Below are positions 59,310 through 64,000 of a stretch of DNA of 64,000 nt, piece by piece (position 1 is the stretch's first letter; every line of letters begins with the position of its first letter). The notes beneath the pieces were generated by a model that saw only the letters and a program-made list of their open reading frames with translations, ran no database searches and was not told the origin of the DNA. Source of the stretch: Carpediemonas membranifera BICM (Eukaryota; Protista; Fornicata); NCBI GenBank assembly GCA_019828565.1, contig JAHDYR010000005.1:1381991-1445990 (forward strand), given 5' to 3'. The translations under genes were made by a program, and so were the position numbers.

Positions 59310-61352
59310 ATGAACCGCCTGAGCACGGTGGACTACAGGCAGCTGGTGTCGCCGCCGCAGTCGCTCTTCATCCAGAGCAAGCAGCACCAGGTGCACTTGC
59401 TCTCCAAGGACCCCGTGTGCCCGCGGAAGTACCTTGTGCCGATCCTGCTGTGCCACGGCGCCTTCCACGATGCCGACTGCTGGACATTCAACCTGCTGAA
59501 CTACTTCTGCGCCAAGGGCTTCTACACATACGCCTTCTCGATGCGTGGCCATGGCGAGTCGACACTCCCGTCGGTCCAGCACCTGCGCGGCTGCGCCATG
59601 CGCCATTTCATCAGCGACCTGATGCTCATCGAGGACTACGTCACCCGCAACCACGAGGGCCGCCACCCCCTGCTCATGGCGCACTCCATGGGCGGCAAGG
59701 TCGCCATGTACGCGGCCAAGCTCATGCTCAAGCGCGAGGTCAAGTTCAGCGGACTCGTCCTGCTCGCGTCGATGCCGCCCGACCGCTGCATCAAGTCGTG
59801 CCTCCAGCTGGCGCGCAGACACCCCTCGCTGACGCTCAAGACGGCGCTCACGCTGCGCCCGCGCTACCTGATCAGCACGCCGACGGCGCTGCGCGACATG
59901 ATGTTCGGCTCGAACACGAGCATCGAGATCATCATGAACTCGCTGCACACGCTGCAGGACGAGTCGCTGCGCGCCATCCACCAGGCCGCCGCGCGCAGGA
60001 TCGACGTTGCGCCCATCGCCGCGTCGGGCCTTCCCGTGCTCGTCTTGGGAGGCTGCTCCGACACGTTCATCAAGCGCCGGCAGGTCAACGCGACGGCGAA
60101 GGCGTTTGGCGTGTCGCCTGTGCTTCTGCCAGTCGGCCACGGCATGATGACCGACCAGAACTGGACGACCGTCGCCGACCGCATCAGCGAGTGGATCGCG
60201 ACGCTCGACCTTGAGACTGTCGAGACAGAGCCCCTCTTCTCCGACGAGGGCGCTGTCGCTGTTGACGAGGCGTCGCCCGAGGCCACGCCGCCCGACATGC
60301 CCCGCGAGGAGGGCGAGGCGACCCAGACGGACCCTGAGAGCAAGCCCACGGATGCCGTCGAGACCCCTGCCCGGCCCGAGGAGACGCAGACCGAGCCCGC
60401 CGACGTCGAGCCTGTGGCAGAGCTGGAGGCTGAGACAGCCGACCCCGAAGCCGCAGAGAGCGAGGCTTCGCCTGTGGCCGAGGCCGATGTCGTGGAGGCT
60501 GGCCCTGAGACCGAAGACGAGGCGGTTGAGGTCGGCGACGTCGCTGTAGTGGTCGACGACGAGTTCTCCGACTACGACGAGGTGCTGCCCGACACAACGA
60601 CGGAGGAGGACGCCACAGAGCGCGATGACGATGCCGAGGAGGAGGCCGCTCGTCACGCCGAGGAGGAGGCCGCTCGTCACGCCGAGGAGGAGGCCGCTCG
60701 TCTTGCCGAGGAGGAGGCCGCTCGTCACGCCGAGGAGGAGGCCGCTCGTCACGCCGAGGAGGAGGCCGCTCGTCACGCCGAGGAGGAGGCCGCTCGTCAC
60801 GCCGAGGAGGAGGCCGCTCGTCACGCCGAGGAGGAGGCCGCTCGTCACGCCGAGGAGGAGGCCGCTCGTCTTGCCGAGGAGGAGGCCGCTCGTCACGCCG
60901 AGGAGGAGGCCGCTCGTCACGCCGAGGAGGAGGCCGCTCGTCACGCCGAGGAGGAGGCCGCTCGTCACGCCGAGGAGGAGGCCGCTCGTCACGCCGAGGA
61001 GGAGGCTGCCCGCCTTGCCGAGGAGGAGGCCGCTCGCCTTGCCGAGGAGGAGGCTGCCCGCCTTGCCGAGGAGGAGGCCGCTCGTCACGCCGAGGAGGAG
61101 GCTGCCCGCCTTGCCGAGGAGGAGGCCGCTCGCCTCGCCGAGGAGGAGGCCGCTCGTCTTGCCGAGGAGGAGGCCGCTCGTCACGCCGAGGAGGAGGCTG
61201 CCCGCCTTGCCGAGGAGGAGGCCGCTCGCCTCGCCGAGGAGGAGGCCGCTCGCCTTGCCGAGGAGGAGGCTGCCCGCCTTGCCGAGGAGGAGGCCGCTCG
61301 TCACGCCGAGGAGGAGGCTGCCCGTCTCGCTGAAGAGAAGGACACTTGCTGA
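59310..61352 (+). CDS. Alpha/beta hydrolase fused to an acidic linker and (AEEEAARH/L)n helix
   Basis: LCHGAFH, RGHGES, AHSMGG nucleophile elbow, GGCSD, GHGMM. Confidence 0.88.
   Translation: MNRLSTVDYRQLVSPPQSLFIQSKQHQVHLLSKDPVCPRKYLVPILLCHGAFHDADCWTFNLLNYFCAKGFYTYAFSMRGHGESTLPSVQHLRGCAMRHFISDLMLIEDYVTRNHEGRHPLLMAHSMGGKVAMYAAKLMLKREVKFSGLVLLASMPPDRCIKSCLQLARRHPSLTLKTALTLRPRYLISTPTALRDMMFGSNTSIEIIMNSLHTLQDESLRAIHQAAARRIDVAPIAASGLPVLVLGGCSDTFIKRRQVNATAKAFGVSPVLLPVGHGMMTDQNWTTVADRISEWIATLDLETVETEPLFSDEGAVAVDEASPEATPPDMPREEGEATQTDPESKPTDAVETPARPEETQTEPADVEPVAELEAETADPEAAESEASPVAEADVVEAGPETEDEAVEVGDVAVVVDDEFSDYDEVLPDTTTEEDATERDDDAEEEAARHAEEEAARHAEEEAARLAEEEAARHAEEEAARHAEEEAARHAEEEAARHAEEEAARHAEEEAARHAEEEAARLAEEEAARHAEEEAARHAEEEAARHAEEEAARHAEEEAARHAEEEAARLAEEEAARLAEEEAARLAEEEAARHAEEEAARLAEEEAARLAEEEAARLAEEEAARHAEEEAARLAEEEAARLAEEEAARLAEEEAARLAEEEAARHAEEEAARLAEEKDTC
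60633..61338 (+). repeat. Coding 24-bp tandem repeat
   Basis: gccgaggaggaggccgctcgtcac and variants. Confidence 0.97.
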
Positions 61353-61814
61353 CGTCCTTTACTACTTTCTTTTCAACCGACTGCATTCTGTTCATCTATC
61401 TATCGATTTTTTCACATAAAATTTCTGTTCTTCTGCTGTTTTCTCTGTTTCCTGGCGTGGCTGCTCCCAGTCTGCACAATAACCCTGGGTCCCAAAGACG
61501 TCGCCCTGCAGATTGGTTGTCCAGTTAGGTAGCAGCTACACTGGCATTGCCCAATAAATGGGCTTAATGACCCGATACGCATCTCAAACCAGTAGGGAAA
61601 AGTGATTCAGCAAACCCAAGTTTTCCATGTAATCTTATCGATCCTGGAGCCGTCAGCCATCGAGTTGAGTACCGTTCCGACCTTCACTTATGACGAGGTA
61701 AACGTTGAATGAGTCGCAGTCTTGCAGCGACCAGCAAGGAATCCACCACCAACAGTTGACATAAACTGCACCGACAGCACGCAGTTTATGGCACTGGAAG
61801 ACAGCGCCAAAAAG

Positions 61815-61887
61815 TGAGGCGTACCGGATTTGAACCGATGACCTTCGGGACTGGAATCCGACGCTCTACCAGCTGAGCTAACACCCC
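61815..61887 (-). tRNA. trnW: tRNA-Trp(CCA)
   Basis: 73-nt cloverleaf GGGGTGT...TAGCTCAGCTGG...TT-CCA-GT...GGTTCAAATCC...ACGCCTCA followed by a T5 Pol III terminator. Confidence 0.92.
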
Positions 61888-62134
61888 TGTAAAATCCAGG
61901 TTTTTGTGTGCTTTTATAAATATCTCAATTTTGGACCCCAAATTCGACTCTGATTTGGTCGAAAGATACTCTGACGGGGGCTGTATCGCAACTTCACCAT
62001 TAAATACCCAAAGAGCGTGTGTTCCTGCCGCCAGTATTGAGTTTCCAACCCTCCACAGGTCCATACGTCCCTGTTTCGATCTCTTTGGGATCCAGCTTCA
62101 CCCTCAATAAGCTGCGATATTTATCATTTTCACC

Positions 62135-64000
62135 TCAGTCGAATCCGGAGTCAAAATCACTCGAGTCGCTGTCAGAGAGCACCTCATTCATGGAGCTCGT
62201 GTCATCAGAATGAATGACTTCATCAAATGATGAGTCCGGCAACACCTCGTCCCTCGACGAGTCTAGCACCTCGTTGTGACTCATATCGACTGATGAATCA
62301 AGTACCTCGGAGTACTGCTGATTCATGCGGTACGGCGTGCTCAAAGACATGGCATCGTTGATGATGGCAGTCAGCGACAGCGGGTCAGGCTTGGCATCGG
62401 GTTCAGTGTCGCGTGTTGGTGTGGCGGGCATGTTGTCGTCAAATGATGTGTCGGTGAGGACCTCGTCGAAGTTGGACGAGTCCGAGTAGTTCGCACGGAG
62501 GAACTGGTTGTTACGGTACTCCTCTTCAGCGTGACGAGCGGCCTCTTCAGCGAGACGAGCGGCCTCCTCCTCGGCGTGACGAGCGGCCTCTTCGGCAAGA
62601 CGAGCGGCCTCCTCTTCAGCGAGACGAGCGGCCTCCTCCTCGGCGTGACGAGCGGCCTCTTCGGCAAGACGAGCGGCCTCCTCCTCGGCGTGACGAGCGG
62701 CCTCTTCAGCGAGACGAGCGGCCTCCTCCTCGGCAAGGCGAGCGACCTCCTCCTCGGCGAGGCGGGCAGCCTCCTCCTCGGCAAGACGAGCGGCCTCCTC
62801 CTCGGCGTGACGAGCGGCCTCTTCAGCGAGACGGACAGCCTCCTCCTCGGCGAGACGAGCGGCCTCCTCCTCGGCGTGACGAGCGGCCTCTTCAGCGAGA
62901 CGAGCGGCCTCCTCCTCGGCAAGGCGGGCAGCCTCCTCCTCGGCGTGACGAGCGGCCTCCTCGGCGTGACGAGCGGCCTCCTCCTCGGCAAGACGAGCGG
63001 CCTCCTCCTCGGCGTGACGAGCGGCCTCCTCCTCGGCAAGGCGGGCAGCCTCCTCCTCGGCGTGACGAGCGGCCTCCTCCTCGGCAAGGCGGGCAGCCTC
63101 CTCCTCGGCGTGACGAGCGGCCTCCTCCTCGGCAAGGCGGGCAGCCTCCTCCTCGGCAAGGCGAGCGGCCTCCTCCTCGGCGTGACGAGCGGCCTCCTCC
63201 TCGGCGTGACGAGCGGCCTCCTCCTCGGCAAGACGAGCGGCCTCCTCCTCGGCGTGACGAGCGGCCTCCTCCTCGGCAAGGCGGGCAGCCTCCTCCTCGG
63301 CGTGACGAGCGGCCTCCTCCTCGGCAAGGCGGGCAGCCTCCTCCTCGGCAAGGCGAGCGGCCTCCTCCTCGGCAAGACGAGCGGCCTCCTCCTCGGCGAG
63401 GCGAGCGGCCTCCTCCTCGGCAAGGCGGGCAGCCTCCTCCTCGGCGTGACGAGCGGCCTCCTCCTCGGCAAGACGAGCGGCCTCCTCCTCGGCGTGACGA
63501 GCGGCCTCCTCCTCGGCGAGGCGAGCGGCCTCCTCCTCGGCGTGACGAGCGGCCTCCTCCTCGGCAAGGCGGGCAGCCTCCTCCTCGGCAAGGCGAGCGG
63601 CCTCCTCCTCGGCGTGACGAGCGGCCTCCTCCTCGGCAAGACGAGCGGCCTCCTCCTCGGCAAGGCGGGCGGCCTCCTCCTCGGCAAGACGAGCGGCCTC
63701 CTCCTCGGCGAGGCGAGCGGCCTCCTCCTCGGCAAGGCGGGCAGCCTCCTCCTCGGCGTGACGAGCGGCCTCCTCCTCGGCAAGGCGGGCAGCCTCCTCC
63801 TCGGCGTGACGAGCGGCCTCCTCCTCGGCAAGGCGGGCAGCCTCCTCCTCGGCAAGGCGAGCGGCCTCCTCCTCGGCAAGACGAGCGGCCTCCTCCTCGG
63901 CGTGACGAGCGGCCTCCTCCTCGGCAAGGCGGGCAGCCTCCTCCTCGGCGTGACGAGCGGCCTCCTCCTCGGCAAGGCGGGCAGCCTCCTCCTCGGCGTG
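62135..64000 (-). CDS. 3' part of a gene encoding (AEEEAARH/L)n repeats and an S/D-rich tail; starts beyond the window
   Basis: The repeat frame reads into [11 protein letters not shown]...DDNMPATP, joining ORF 62135-62431. Confidence 0.8.
   Translation of the reverse strand, partial: HAEEEAARLAEEEAARHAEEEAARLAEEEAARHAEEEAARLAEEEAARLAEEEAARLAEEEAARHAEEEAARLAEEEAARHAEEEAARLAEEEAARLAEEEAARLAEEEAARLAEEEAARLAEEEAARHAEEEAARLAEEEAARLAEEEAARHAEEEAARLAEEEAARHAEEEAARLAEEEAARHAEEEAARLAEEEAARLAEEEAARLAEEEAARLAEEEAARLAEEEAARHAEEEAARLAEEEAARHAEEEAARLAEEEAARHAEEEAARHAEEEAARLAEEEAARLAEEEAARHAEEEAARLAEEEAARHAEEEAARLAEEEAARHAEEEAARLAEEEAARHAEEAARHAEEEAARLAEEEAARLAEEAARHAEEEAARLAEEEAVRLAEEAARHAEEEAARLAEEEAARLAEEEVARLAEEEAARLAEEAARHAEEEAARLAEEAARHAEEEAARLAEEEAARLAEEAARHAEEEAARLAEEAARHAEEEYRNNQFLRANYSDSSNFDEVLTDTSFDDNMPATPTRDTEPDAKPDPLSLTAIINDAMSLSTPYRMNQQYSEVLDSSVDMSHNEVLDSSRDEVLPDSSFDEVIHSDDTSSMNEVLSDSDSSDFDSGFD
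62520..64000 (-). repeat. Same 24-bp coding repeat, inverted relative to 60633-61338
   Basis: cctcctcctcggcgtgacgagcgg units. Confidence 0.97.

Noticed and set aside
59234-63975. Alternative-frame repeat ORFs ([23 protein letters not shown])
   Set aside because: Shadows of the AEEEAAR frame, which connects to sensible unique sequence

Overview
Eukaryotic (protist-like) DNA in two zones. Zone 1 (1 to ~42.7 kb) is a nested transposon cluster whose junctions can be read from target-site duplications (TSDs). It holds two tyrosine-recombinase-class (DIRS/PAT-like) retroelements. The second is interrupted by Ty3/Gypsy element A (itself carrying elements B and C), by a 9.8-kb TA-flanked TIR element with no recognisable transposase, and by Gypsy element D. 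It is truncated against a fragment of Gypsy element E. Zone 2 (~42.9-64 kb) is compact host sequence: DUS2, TRM8, a cyclin, XPD/RAD3, a giant coiled-coil protein with a GAR-like domain, an alpha/beta hydrolase, tRNA-Trp and a repeat protein; several genes have predicted introns of only 29-35 nt. Strongest novelty candidate: all five Gypsy families have tiny LTRs (55-109 bp), and each carries a different perfect 12-bp palindrome at the 5' LTR boundary where a tRNA primer-binding site should be. This suggests a tRNA-independent snap-back or dimer priming mechanism (inference). Families C and D also share an accessory cassette after pol: an antisense ORF with its own chromodomain-like C-terminus plus a divergent conserved small ORF or motif. 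All domain calls are by-eye motif recognition; no database searches were run.
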